From an uncultured Gemmatimonadales bacterium (GTDB lineage Bacteria > Gemmatimonadota > Gemmatimonadetes > Gemmatimonadales > GWC2-71-9), in assembly GCA_963751925.1 (NCBI GenBank), contig CAVVWJ010000002.1:518774-582773 (forward strand): a stretch of DNA of 64,000 nucleotides, given 5' to 3'. Below are positions 44,585 through 54,580 of the stretch, piece by piece. The position numbers were made by a program, and so were the translations under genes. The notes beneath the pieces were generated by a model, which saw only the letters and a list, made by a program, of their open reading frames with translations, was not told the origin of the DNA and made no database searches. Numbering within the stretch: the stretch's first letter is position 1; each line of letters opens with the position of its first letter.

Positions 44585-45457
44585 CTAGTGTGATGAAAGA
44601 TTAAGGCCGCCTTCGGTATACTCCCCGACCTTCACGTCACGGTTCCACAACTCGAGGAGGAGTGGCTCATCGAGCGGCCGGTGATCTCGGTATGCTTGCC
44701 ACAGTTCTGCCAGCGTGTAAGGCAACGCCAGGGCGGATTTGAAAGTATCCGCAACCATGACTCGGAGAATGCCCGGATGACCCTCGTAGTATCCAGTTGC
44801 AATGCCGACCCGGCGGGCCGTCGCCATCGTCCACCGCATCTCCGGATTGCGAGCCAGCGTTGCCTCATCGACTGCCGGTGGGTCAGCCGCAAGGGCCTTG
44901 AAAACCGTGGCGCTGTCGGGAAGTTCGGGTTTTGCGCGAGCCAGGATCATCCCGGAGCGATAACTGATGCCAGTGCCGTTGGCAGATGTCAGCCGGGAGT
45001 ACGACGAAGCTCGCCGATGTTGAAAGCGTCTCGACATGGCGGCCAACTGGGCCCGAGATGTCACACAGGCTCGTCGTACACGATCGCTGTCGGCCCGGAT
45101 GAAGATGGCGAGTGCACCCCGATGCTCGCCTTCCTGGCTTACGAGGGACACCACGGCGTTGCGGGCAGACTTGGAGTCGTCTTGGACGATGATCCCATTG
45201 GCACCTAAGATGCCGGCAGCGCGGCGGCGTGCGTCGGACTGCGGACTATCATCCTGCCACCCGGGCACATCGGTCGAATCGAGAGGCCCGATCTGCTCAT
45301 AGCTCTGGCCAACGTCTTCCGCCGAGCGGAAGATCTTCACTCCTTCAGAGCAGACTTCGTGATATCGCCAGGCGTTTGCCTGATCGCGACGGTCAACTTG
45401 CAAACAGCCGGTCACGAGTCCGGCAGTCACGAGAATCAAATAAGGAGGGCGCACCAA
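44585..45457 (-). CDS. Hypothetical lipoprotein (paralog of 43739-44575)
   Basis: Lipobox-like VTGC; shares LARNP..RW.M.TARRVGIATG..EGHPGIL motif. Confidence 0.75.
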   Translation of the reverse strand: MVRPPYLILVTAGLVTGCLQVDRRDQANAWRYHEVCSEGVKIFRSAEDVGQSYEQIGPLDSTDVPGWQDDSPQSDARRRAAGILGANGIIVQDDSKSARNAVVSLVSQEGEHRGALAIFIRADSDRVRRACVTSRAQLAAMSRRFQHRRASSYSRLTSANGTGISYRSGMILARAKPELPDSATVFKALAADPPAVDEATLARNPEMRWTMATARRVGIATGYYEGHPGILRVMVADTFKSALALPYTLAELWQAYRDHRPLDEPLLLELWNRDVKVGEYTEGGLNLSSH

Positions 45458-45800
45458 GAATCCTTGCTCAATGCAGATCGGAGTTTAGGCGGATAGTGCC
45501 AAGCTACAGCCCGTCCCGCAGAGCGCTAGTACCTCGTGTGCCATCTGGTTTAGAGAAGGGCAGGGGCGCTCCACGACAGCAGGAAATTGCAGCTCTCCAT
45601 CTTTCAAAAGTCGGTCGACCGGATTAGCATACCGCAGGCTAGGAGCGGGTCCTCCTCGGGGAGGAAGCCAGGCTCCTATCGGCAGGTCGTCAGGACGGGC
45701 ACCTTTCCACGCAGGACCAATTACGCGGCTCTCTTCGTGGGATCTCGCCCTCCAGCATGACGTGAGCTGAAGGCGGCAAGCATAGGTACATCAAGCAGTT

Positions 45801-45874
45801 GCCCCCGTAGCTCAGATGGATAGAGCAGCAGTTTCCTAAACTGTTGGCCGCGTGTTCGAGTCACGCCGGGGGCA
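45801..45874 (+). tRNA. tRNA-Arg (CCT)
   Basis: GCCCCCG/CGGGGGC acceptor; GCAGT-TT CCT AA-ACTGT anticodon arm; GTTCGAGTC T-loop. Confidence 0.95.
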
Positions 45875-45925
45875 TTTAGGGTGGTCGGGCGCGCCGCTCG
45901 TGAATCAAACTTTTGCTGGAATGAC

Positions 45926-46588
45926 ATGGCTACCACAGTTGAAGTCCAGAGTAGAGGGCAGTCTCACAGTGATCCGGTGCGGCCACCTTGGTATCAGCGG
46001 CACCGGCGTGTGCTCCTGGCCGTACTCGTCCTCGTGCTTGCGGGAATAGTCGTTGCCTGGTTTGTGCTGGCGAGTGGGAAGCGGAAGGAAGCATTCGCGG
46101 CGCGGAGCCTCAACCAGGCACGTGCGGCTGCTGAGGCGGGCAACCTGCCGCTGGCTTCGAGCGAGCTTCAGCGGCTGATTACCACGTATCGCGGGACTGA
46201 TGCCGCGAGCGAAGCAGTGATTACGCTGAACCAGGTGCGAATGGTAAATGGCCAGAGTGAGCTCGCAGTTGTGGGCCTACGAGACTTCCTGGCCACCAAG
46301 CCGCCGTTGAAGTACCAGACTCCAGCATACGGGCTCCTCGGCGCGGCCTTGGAAAACGCTAAGCGTTGGGACGATGCGGCGAACGCGTACATGCAGGCAT
46401 CCAATACAGCGGACATCGAATACCTCAAGGCCAAGTACCTGGTGGATGCAGGGCGCGCGTATCGCTCGGGGGGTAAGACGGCGGAAGCAGAACGCGCCTA
46501 CCGTACCGTTCTCGAGAAGTATGCCGAGTCTCCCAGCTTCACCGAAGCGCAGGTACGGCTGGCCGAGATGACGCAAGGGAAGTTGTGA
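45926..46588 (+). CDS. Membrane-anchored TPR protein (YfgM-like)
   Basis: Single N-terminal TM helix followed by TPR helices. Confidence 0.75.
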   Translation: MATTVEVQSRGQSHSDPVRPPWYQRHRRVLLAVLVLVLAGIVVAWFVLASGKRKEAFAARSLNQARAAAEAGNLPLASSELQRLITTYRGTDAASEAVITLNQVRMVNGQSELAVVGLRDFLATKPPLKYQTPAYGLLGAALENAKRWDDAANAYMQASNTADIEYLKAKYLVDAGRAYRSGGKTAEAERAYRTVLEKYAESPSFTEAQVRLAEMTQGKL

Positions 46589-46611
46589 GCACCTGAATCC
46601 GGGAACGATCC

Positions 46612-46640
46612 GGCCTCAAGCCTTGCTTGGGGCCATTTTT
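46612..46640 (+). terminator. Rho-independent terminator
   Basis: GGCCTCAAG-CCTTG-CTTGGGGCC then ATTTTT. Confidence 0.75.
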
Positions 46641-46654
46641 CTGAGGATCAAATT

Positions 46655-46682
46655 ACGTCGTATAAGATATGTTATGTTAACT
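46655..46682 (+). other. dif: Chromosome dimer resolution (dif) site
   Basis: ACGTCGTATAA-GATATG-TTATGTTAACT: 11-6-11 layout; XerD arm 10/11 identical to E. coli TTATGTTAAAT; at convergence of gene orientation. Confidence 0.9.
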
Positions 46683-46687
46683 GCGCC

Positions 46688-46746
46688 TGGGGAAAACTGT
46701 GGAGAAGTGTGGAGTTATCCCCTGCCGGATTTGTAAGTCGTTGACT
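46688..46746. promoter_or_regulatory. DnaA-box-like array plus IHF-like site
   Basis: TGGGGAAAA, TGTGGAGAA, TGTGGAGTT at 10-bp spacing, TTATCCCCT; minus-strand AGTCAACGACTTA ~ WATCAANNNNTTR. Confidence 0.45.
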
Positions 46747-46778
46747 TGTGGTGAGTTATAAAACGGGTTGGAGCAGAA

Positions 46779-47603
46779 CTAAAAACCTTCCCACACGCCC
46801 CTAAACACCAGGCGACCCTGGCCCCGAAGCCAAACGTCCGCCGCGCGTGATCCTTCGATCCGACCCCGTACTGTCAGCTCGGGCCCTCCCCTGCTCCGAA
46901 ACCGAACCGGGAATTTGGCCTCGCCGCGGGCAACCAGGGCCGCCGCCGCGGCAGCGGTTCCAGTCCCGCAGGCCAGCGTTTCCCCTTCCACTCCCCGCTC
47001 GAAAGTTCGGATGCGCCAGGGCTCATCAGTGCTACTGGACCTGCTGACGAAGTTCACGTTGGCCCCGACCGGTCCGGCGTTCGGATCGTTCCGCAAGAAC
47101 CGCCCACGTCCCAGGACATCTACCCCCTCCACGTCCTCGACCCGAACGATCAGATGAGGTACGCCGACAGTCCCCAAATCGAGCCAACGCTCGCCCTGGG
47201 CCGGCGCGAGGCCCTTTGCCTGACAAGGCAGGTCGAACTCCGGCAAGCTGATCTCCGCCGAATCCTCGTCGGCAGAGGACGCCACTCTTACCACCCCGGC
47301 ATCGGTGAACAAGGGAAATTCGCCACTCGGAACCAGCTCCAGATGTACTGAGAGCCGGCCGCTGCAGAGCGCAGCGTTCCCGCACATCGCTCCGTGAGAC
47401 CCGTCCGAGTTCCAGTAGGACATGCGGACTCCTCCGGTCGCCGGTGTCACGATCACGAGTCCATCCGCGCCAACGCCGGTGCGCCGGTTACAAACGTCGC
47501 GGACCCGAGCCGCCGGCCACTGCTCAGGGGTGGTCGAGCGACCATCGAGTATCACGAAGTCATTCCCCGACCCGGTCATCTTATAGAAGAGGGTTCCTCT
47601 CAC
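46779..47603 (-). CDS. dapF: Diaminopimelate epimerase
   Basis: KMTGSGNDF, GVGADG, NSDGS..MCGN, GVPH, ANVNF, ERGVEGETLACGTG; GTG start 47603. Confidence 0.95.
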   Translation of the reverse strand: MRGTLFYKMTGSGNDFVILDGRSTTPEQWPAARVRDVCNRRTGVGADGLVIVTPATGGVRMSYWNSDGSHGAMCGNAALCSGRLSVHLELVPSGEFPLFTDAGVVRVASSADEDSAEISLPEFDLPCQAKGLAPAQGERWLDLGTVGVPHLIVRVEDVEGVDVLGRGRFLRNDPNAGPVGANVNFVSRSSSTDEPWRIRTFERGVEGETLACGTGTAAAAAALVARGEAKFPVRFRSRGGPELTVRGRIEGSRAADVWLRGQGRLVFRGVWEGF

Positions 47604-48319
47604 AGACGTCCCAGCATGGATTGCAGCCGGAGCCACCACACCATCCAGATCGCTTCCCGGACGATGCGCTTGTTCATCTTGCTCTGTCCCTCGACGCGAT
47701 CGGTAAAGACAATGGGAATCTCCACCAACCTGAAACCCTTCTTCCAGGCCCGGAAGCTGATCTCGATCTGAAAGGCGTAGCCGTTGGAGCGCACCTTTTC
47801 GAAATCGATGGCCTCGAGGACTTCGCGCCGGAAGCACTTGAACCCACCGGTCGAGTCCGCCAGCGGCAAACCAGTGATCCAGCGGGCGTACTCGTTGGCT
47901 CCGATCGAGAGCAACAACCGTGAGATAGGCCAGTTGATGACATTCACACCGGTACGATATCGCGAGCCGATCACGAGATCGGCATCATTGATGGCACGCA
48001 CAAAATCCCCCAGGAACCGGGGATCGTGGGAGAAGTCCGCGTCCATCTCGAAGATGAGGTCATAGCCACGATCGAGGGCCCACCGGAAGCCGGCCATGTA
48101 GGCCTTCCCCAGGCCCGACTTGCTGGGCCGATGCAGGACGTGCACCCGCGGAGTGGAGGCCGCCAGCTCGTCCGCGAGTTGGCCCGTTCCATCAGGCGAG
48201 TTGTCGTCCACCACCAGCACCTCGAGTCGAGGATCCTGGTGCAGAATGGCGGGCACTACGAGCGGCAGATTTGCTCGCTCGTTATAGGTGGGCACGACGA
48301 CAAGCAGACGTTCAGCCAC
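47600..48319 (-). CDS. Polyprenol-monophosphomannose synthase-like GT2
   Basis: VVPTYNE, VDDNSPDGT, MDADFSH, STGGFKC, SNGYAFQIE; GTG start 48319. Confidence 0.9.
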   Translation of the reverse strand: MAERLLVVVPTYNERANLPLVVPAILHQDPRLEVLVVDDNSPDGTGQLADELAASTPRVHVLHRPSKSGLGKAYMAGFRWALDRGYDLIFEMDADFSHDPRFLGDFVRAINDADLVIGSRYRTGVNVINWPISRLLLSIGANEYARWITGLPLADSTGGFKCFRREVLEAIDFEKVRSNGYAFQIEISFRAWKKGFRLVEIPIVFTDRVEGQSKMNKRIVREAIWMVWWLRLQSMLGRL

Positions 48320-50683
48320 GGGAGCGAAGCGGCAGGATGAAGGCCACCAGCGTGCCAGTAACACCAGAGCCCAGGTGACAACAGTGATCGTCGTCGCGAG
48401 GCGCACGATCTCGGGCCGGTATCGCAACACCACCCGATGGTCACCGCTGTGTGTCAACGGCACGGCCATGAGTGCGTGGTTGGCCCGAACAATCGGAACA
48501 GTGGCTCCATCGATCTGGGCCTCCCACGAAGGATGATATGTCCGGCTGATGGTGAGTAGCGCTGGGCCGCTGACATGAACCCGGACCGACAAGGTATCCT
48601 CCCCATTCCCCTCGATGACCGCCGTTCCAGTGCCCCCGGCCTGGCCGACTGCCAGCACCGGCTGCTCCACGATTGTCGTCTTGGTCGGATCGAAAGTGGG
48701 TGACCAGAGCATCTCGATGCGGCGCGCCGAATCGGGTTCTACCAGCACGTCCGGCACGATGGCCGCGCCCGCCATGGCGTTGTCGTTGACGTAGACGGCT
48801 ACCCGCTGATCTGCGCCCAGCAGCCGCAGGCCCGGCAAATCCACCTTCCCCGGCAGGAGTACGTAACGTGCCGCCAGCGCTCGAAGTGCTGCACTGCTCA
48901 GGAAGCTGGACCAGTATTGCTGCAGATCCTCCATGGAACTGATACTCTGGCGGACATCATAACGGGTCATGGCATTGTACCAACGAAGCTGGTTGCCATG
49001 ATAGCCGAACACCTCGGGCACGCCGTACGTCGCGAGAAATCCCTCCGGATAGACGCCGCCCACGCTCAGCACCCGCTCTCCGGGGGAGAGACGCGCGCGG
49101 AGCGCTTGGATCCCTTCATCCGGCGGGAAAAAATCGTCGTAGCGCACGACCTGGATGTAGCGACTGTCCACTCGCAGAAGATCGATAGCTGTCACCGCGG
49201 TCAGTATCATGACCACGTGGACTGCGCTTAGTGTGCCTCGCCGCATCAGGAAGAGGGCGGTCCATGCCGCGCCACAGACGAGGGCCACAGTCAGCGCACC
49301 ACCAATCAGTCGAGGGACGTTGGCCGCAAAGGCTCCAGCTCGATCAGCCGCCTCGGCGGTTCCGAAGAGCGCCCGCCACGCATCGTAAAATCCGGTGCCG
49401 CTCGCAAGCACCGCGACCGCCAGGATCAGCGCACCCAATGCGCCTACTGCCAGCCCGCCCGACATGACTCGGCGGGCCCGATCATCGGTCCCGGCCAGCA
49501 CGCGATCGAGCAGAAGGGCCCCGAGGAGCGTGAGCGCCGCGACAGCAACAAAGGATGCCAAACTCGGAGCTCGGAAGTTTTTCACCCCCGGGACAATGGA
49601 GTAGAACACCCGAAAGAGAGGGGTGCCGGCACCGAGGGCGTAGACCAGCGAGACCAGCGCCATGGCGCCGAGCGCCCAACGTCGGCGATCTCCTCGCAAA
49701 CCGGCAATGGCAGCGATCCCTAACACCAGAACGAGGGCTCCCCCGTATTCGGAGTTGTGCTTGAAGGGATTCTTTCCCCAGTACGTCTCCGACTGCACGT
49801 CAGTTCCTGAGAACTCCGGAACCAGGAACGAAAGTGCCTCCTCAGCATGCAGGGACCAGCTGGCGGAATACTCGTAGCCTCTGCCCGGCCCGGCCCGAGG
49901 CGAGTCTTCCCGCAGATAGCGATACATAGGCAAGAGCACGACCGCCGAGATGCCGAAGGCGGTGACCGCGGCAACCATGGCCCCGGCAAGTCTGTTGGCG
50001 AGTACTGCCCCACCCTCGTGCCGACGAGCCCAGAGCGCACCCAGGGCGTAGGCCGCGAGAGCGACGTAGGCGTAGTAGGCGAGTTGAGGATGGGCGACAA
50101 CCATGAGGCCGGCTATCACGCCCAGCCACAGGAACCGAACCCATGAGTGGCGTTCGAGCGCTGTAATCAGGAGCCATATCGCTCCTGGAAAGAGAGCGAT
50201 CACGTACATCTTCCCATCCTGCCCACCCCACACCAGGCTCACCAGGTTGGCCGAGAGGAGATAGGCTGACCCGGCGAACAGTGCTACATATCGCCGGACT
50301 CCGAGGGCGCGAGCGGCGAGATACATGAACACGCCGCCCAGGTACACGTGAAGGATGAGCTTCCACGCGAGGGCGCTGGTCAGCGGCAGGAGAAAATGCA
50401 GGATCGAAGCAGGATACAGGATGTCGCCACTGCCCGCCTCAATGGTGGGAACTCCTCCGAACAGGAAGGGATTCCAGAGAGGCAGCCGGCCCAGCGCGCG
50501 AATGTGCTCGACGAAGAACTTCCGAAACATGATGCCGGCCGCCACCGTGTCCTGGCCCAACAACATTTCTCCCGGCCCACTTACGAGATAGCTGCGGAAG
50601 ACGAGCAGAGTGAGGAGGCCCATCACCACGAATGGCAGCCATCGGGGCATCCGGTCCAGCTCGGTAGTCTGCGGTTGTTCCAC
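48312..50683 (-). CDS. YfhO-like GT-C membrane glycosyltransferase (1-nt deletion near 48355 fuses it to the next gene in this assembly)
   Basis: PLWNP.LFGG.P, many TM helices, YHPSW.A.IDG, RANHALMAV...GDH.V.LRY.P. Confidence 0.8.
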
Positions 50684-51622
50684 TCAGGCCTCTCGAACCG
50701 AGGGCGGGTTGGCGGCACGCCGGTGAATCAGGAACGGGAGAGCGGGTAGCACTTCAGTCACGGTAAGCAACAAGCGGCTGGCGATGGCCAGCGCCGCAGC
50801 GGGCTTTAGGCCGATCTGGCCGGACAGCATCAACAGAAACACCGATTCGCGTGGTCCCAAACCACCAGGAGCAAAGAGAGCTATGAAGCCCACGAGATAC
50901 GAAGTTGTGAATACGCCGACCGCCTGAGGCAACGTCAGCACCACCTCGGGCAGCAGTCCGCGGGTCAGGAGGAGCAGGGCGAAGCCATAGCCGACCCACG
51001 CAAGCAGGTTTGCTCCAAACGCCAGCACCAGCATTGCGGGAGGAACCGCGCGGAGTCGTGGCAGCGAAGCCGGCAAGATTCGGCTCAGGCGGTCGAGCAG
51101 CGGCTGCGAGGCCAACACAGCGATTCCCGCCAGACACAGTGCCACGATAGCTCCGCCGATCGGAACCGCCTCGGGCCCGACGGTCTGGAAGGCATCCTGC
51201 GCCGTCAGGGCGACAGCCGTAGCTCCGCTCGCCATGGCCAACGCCTGGAGGACCAGCGCCCCCGCCACTGCGGCTGATGGATCGACGCCGGCTCTCTGCG
51301 CGAGCACTGCCGCACCGGCCACTGCCCAAACTTTCCCGGGGACATACTTCCCCAGGCTGGCGAGAAACCAGATCCGCATTGCCGCATAGAATTTCAACTT
51401 CTGCCCCATCCCAAGTACAACCCGCCGCCAGGCTTCGATGAGCACAGCGTACGATCCAAAAACTACCAGCACGCTGGCGCCAATCCACGGCGGAGATGGA
51501 TGCCACTCGATCGGCTGGGTGCGGAGGCTCTGCCAGTTCACAACAACCGAGCGGATGGCCACGGCAACCAGCAGCGCGCCTGCGATGAACTGGAGGTAGC
51601 GCCAACCTCTACGCTGCGCCAA
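50684..51622 (-). CDS. Lysylphosphatidylglycerol-synthase-TM / flippase-like membrane protein
   Basis: LGKYVPGKVW, APGGLGPRE, SRLL. Confidence 0.8.
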   Translation of the reverse strand: MAQRRGWRYLQFIAGALLVAVAIRSVVVNWQSLRTQPIEWHPSPPWIGASVLVVFGSYAVLIEAWRRVVLGMGQKLKFYAAMRIWFLASLGKYVPGKVWAVAGAAVLAQRAGVDPSAAVAGALVLQALAMASGATAVALTAQDAFQTVGPEAVPIGGAIVALCLAGIAVLASQPLLDRLSRILPASLPRLRAVPPAMLVLAFGANLLAWVGYGFALLLLTRGLLPEVVLTLPQAVGVFTTSYLVGFIALFAPGGLGPRESVFLLMLSGQIGLKPAAALAIASRLLLTVTEVLPALPFLIHRRAANPPSVREA

Positions 51623-53072
51623 TCGGTCCCACCAGTTGGACCCGCTCCTGAATCGTGTCGCCGGTCTCGTCTTCGAGCGCGATGCTCGTGGGGTGCCCCG
51701 CCCTGATCGTCAGTGTGACGTCGCCGCTCGCGGACACGTGTGCGGCTCTGACGGAGCGCCGGAACCGGCGCCACTCCACGATCTTCCTGGCCGAGGCGAA
51801 GTATGGACGATCGTCCGCCAGCTCCCGCAGCAGAGTGACGAACGCCGGTTCGGCGTCAGGGAATCCGAGTGCCTCGGTCAGATTGGGATGCCAGAGGCCG
51901 ACCCAGGCTCCTTCCACCGCCTTACACTCCCGGGCGAGCTCCAGACCGTCATCGACCCACCGCTGCGCCTCCTCCACGCCGCTGTACTTGCTGAGCGCCC
52001 GATCCATCCACATCAGGGGAACCAGATCGAGCGGGAGAGACACTTCCCCGGCCGCGTCCCAGGCCGGTACCACATCAGCGACTCCGAGCCGGAATCCGTT
52101 GCGGTCCGCGAAGCCCCAGGTAGCATCGTACTCGAGACCCGCCTCCAGCATCGTCCGCTGGGTGGGTCCCGGCCGCATTCGCAGAAAGTGCTGGCGCACT
52201 CCCACGATTGGCCGGTCCGTCAGTCGCCCGAGTCGTCGCCGCTGGGCCGACATCCGGTCGGGATCGTTTCCGGTCGCGAAGCTTCCATGGAGGCCGACCT
52301 CATGGCCGGCATGAGTGATTGCGCTGAGGATCTCGCGGGTGGAGGACGCATCGGGGCGATAGGTCGAGTCTCCCGCCAGCAGCGAGCGTAGTGTCGGGTC
52401 AGCGCAGATGATGAACCACGTGGCCTGAATGCTGTGGTGTGCCTCTATCTGTAAGACCGAATGGACGGCCCGGCTGACTGGCTCATGTCCGATGCTCCGC
52501 CGGGCAGCGCGCGCTACCCGCCTGGTCATAGCCCACGCCCGCTTCCTTCCCAGCTCGAGCATCCGAAGCAGGGGGAACAGGGCCCACCATTCCACCACGT
52601 CGAGATCATGGGTTACCACCGCCGCCCAGCGATAGCCTTGGGGCCAGGGCAGGAGGAAGCGCACCGGGCGCCGCCCCGCCACCTCCAGCACGGCTTTCCG
52701 CAGCTCCATTGCGAGTCGGGATACCATCGGCTCACGACTCCGGCCCGCGGCCACCAGCGGATTCTCTGAAGCCGGCACCCTGCCATTCTTGTCTCGAAGC
52801 TTCGAGCGCTGCTCGACCGCACCGCCTGCCACTTCGGCGATGGCACGGAGAGTTGCGGTTCCCACGTGGATCGCTCCCTCACCTCGCTGCAGGCGGGCGG
52901 GAGCGAGGTCCGCAACGAGTTCACCCCTGCCCTGCTCCTCGGTCACGATCAGCCGTACCAGGTCGCAATCGGCAGAGTCAGCTACCAGCGAGCGGGATAG
53001 ATCTATGAGAGTGTCCAGCCCAAACCGCTCCGATGCTCGAAGCCGCTCCCGGACACCATCGATCCGGATCAC
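51609..53072 (-). CDS. Polysaccharide deacetylase-like protein
   Basis: THDLD, EVGLHGS, GVRQHFLR, YDATWGF...GFR.G, LWH; GTG start 53072. Confidence 0.8.
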   Translation of the reverse strand: MIRIDGVRERLRASERFGLDTLIDLSRSLVADSADCDLVRLIVTEEQGRGELVADLAPARLQRGEGAIHVGTATLRAIAEVAGGAVEQRSKLRDKNGRVPASENPLVAAGRSREPMVSRLAMELRKAVLEVAGRRPVRFLLPWPQGYRWAAVVTHDLDVVEWWALFPLLRMLELGRKRAWAMTRRVARAARRSIGHEPVSRAVHSVLQIEAHHSIQATWFIICADPTLRSLLAGDSTYRPDASSTREILSAITHAGHEVGLHGSFATGNDPDRMSAQRRRLGRLTDRPIVGVRQHFLRMRPGPTQRTMLEAGLEYDATWGFADRNGFRLGVADVVPAWDAAGEVSLPLDLVPLMWMDRALSKYSGVEEAQRWVDDGLELARECKAVEGAWVGLWHPNLTEALGFPDAEPAFVTLLRELADDRPYFASARKIVEWRRFRRSVRAAHVSASGDVTLTIRAGHPTSIALEDETGDTIQERVQLVGPIGAA

Positions 53073-53533
53073 TGCCAGTCGCCTCCCGGCACGAGCTCTC
53101 GTACGGTACGGGCTGGCTGGCCCGCTACCACGTGCAGTGGCGGCACATCCTGCCCCACTACACTGTTGGCTCCTACCACCGAGCCACGGCCGATCCGGAC
53201 TCCCGGCAGGATTACGCATCCTGCCCCTAGCCACGCATCATCCTCGATGATGATGGGACCCTGCGAGGTGGGCGCGAACGAACGAATTCTGGAGTTATTG
53301 GGGTGCGACGAAGTGACCAGGGTAACACGCGGAGCGATACTCACCCGATCACCGATGGTGAGGTTACCGCGATCCGCCAGCTCCTCTACGATGAGCAGGT
53401 CGTCCGCGATATAAACGTCTCGCCCGATAGAGAACCCACAGGACCGCAAAAGGCTCAGCCTCCACCCTGGGAAGAAGGCGTTCCGTGCCCACCGCTTGAG
53501 GATCTTCTTGCGAAGACGCCAGGCGAAGCTCAC
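53069..53533 (-). CDS. Hexapeptide-repeat O-acetyltransferase
   Basis: IGDRVSIAP.V, IEDDAWLGAG..ILPGV.IG, VAGQPA. Confidence 0.88.
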   Translation of the reverse strand: MSFAWRLRKKILKRWARNAFFPGWRLSLLRSCGFSIGRDVYIADDLLIVEELADRGNLTIGDRVSIAPRVTLVTSSHPNNSRIRSFAPTSQGPIIIEDDAWLGAGCVILPGVRIGRGSVVGANSVVGQDVPPLHVVAGQPARTVRELVPGGDWQ

Positions 53534-53536
53534 GAC

Positions 53537-54580
53537 TTATCCCAGGTAGCGGTAGAGGCCAGCGCCGAGACGGGCGACCCGTGCCGGGAGGCGGGACCAG
53601 ACGGCGCCCATGACAGCCATCGAGCCGCGATCCCGCGCTGCGACGTTGAGGCCGGCGGGTGCTGGCCAGTAATCATAGGCCAGCGGGAAAGCCTGTCCAC
53701 CCCAGCGACGCTTGAACTCCACCAGCCCCTCCTGTTCCGGCGCGGCGCGGCCCATATCGAAGCTGCAGCCGGCTTTGATAGCGTCCTGAATAGCGGTCCA
53801 GAGCAGAAGGTGGTTCGGCCGCTGCTCGAGGTACCGAGGATCGGAAGCTCCGAACGCATAAATCCAGGATCGAGGCCCCTTCCACACCGTTATCGCGGCG
53901 GCGCGCGCACCCGTGCTGGTGAAAGCCAGGTAGACATCGGCCAGCCCCAATCCCTGCAACCAGCGACAGCCCTCGACGAAGAAGCGGCGCGGCGGAGACG
54001 GCAGCCCGTGTCCGTGCGCCGTGCGCTCTTCCAGCTCTGCCATTGTCAGCCAGTCGTCCGCCGTATCGCCGCGCCGCACCACCACACCCATTTTCTGGGC
54101 CTTCTTTACGCTCCGTTGAGTACTGCTCGGGTGCAATCGATCCCAGACTGCCGCCTCACCGCCGTCGGTGGACAACTCGTACGTGGCATAATGGGAGGTG
54201 CGTTGAAAGCCCGGGGCCGGCGGGTACTCGCCTCGAGATTTTATCTCGACCCGGCGTATCCGCCGCTCGATTGCCCGTTCGCGGACCTCGGCGCCCAGTG
54301 CCATGGCTGTGTCGATGTCCAGGGCGAGCGGACCGGCGGCGTAGCTGAAGGGGAGACTGACCAACCGCCGAGGGCCCAACAGTGCGGGAACCTCGGCCAC
54401 AGCCACAAAGCCCTGGAGCGCACTGCCCCGACGGGCTGAATAGCACTCGATGGAGAAACGGTACGCGTCTCGAATGCATCGGACCCATTCGGGGAGATGA
54501 TAGAAGGTGCCGTGCGCGATGGCGAAACTCCGCCAATCGGCAGGCGGCTCAGCGTCCCGGCTGATGGTCAGCGATGTCAT
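53537..54580 (-). CDS. FemAB-like GNAT acyl/aminoacyl transferase
   Basis: LVSLPFS, PNHLLLW, FDMGR, GL..FK.RWG. Confidence 0.85.
   Translation of the reverse strand: MTSLTISRDAEPPADWRSFAIAHGTFYHLPEWVRCIRDAYRFSIECYSARRGSALQGFVAVAEVPALLGPRRLVSLPFSYAAGPLALDIDTAMALGAEVRERAIERRIRRVEIKSRGEYPPAPGFQRTSHYATYELSTDGGEAAVWDRLHPSSTQRSVKKAQKMGVVVRRGDTADDWLTMAELEERTAHGHGLPSPPRRFFVEGCRWLQGLGLADVYLAFTSTGARAAAITVWKGPRSWIYAFGASDPRYLEQRPNHLLLWTAIQDAIKAGCSFDMGRAAPEQEGLVEFKRRWGGQAFPLAYDYWPAPAGLNVAARDRGSMAVMGAVWSRLPARVARLGAGLYRYLG

Noticed and set aside
46636-46778. oriC
   Set aside because: Genes and KOPS-like octamers converge on the site and no dnaA/dnaN/gyrB is nearby; terminus fits better, though not excluded without skew data
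47600-50683. 1027-aa YfhO-GT2 fusion in the ORF track
   Set aside because: Adding one G near 48355 gives a clean TM end (LLGTLVAFILPLRSRG*) whose TGA overlaps the GTG of the GT2 gene; probable indel artefact
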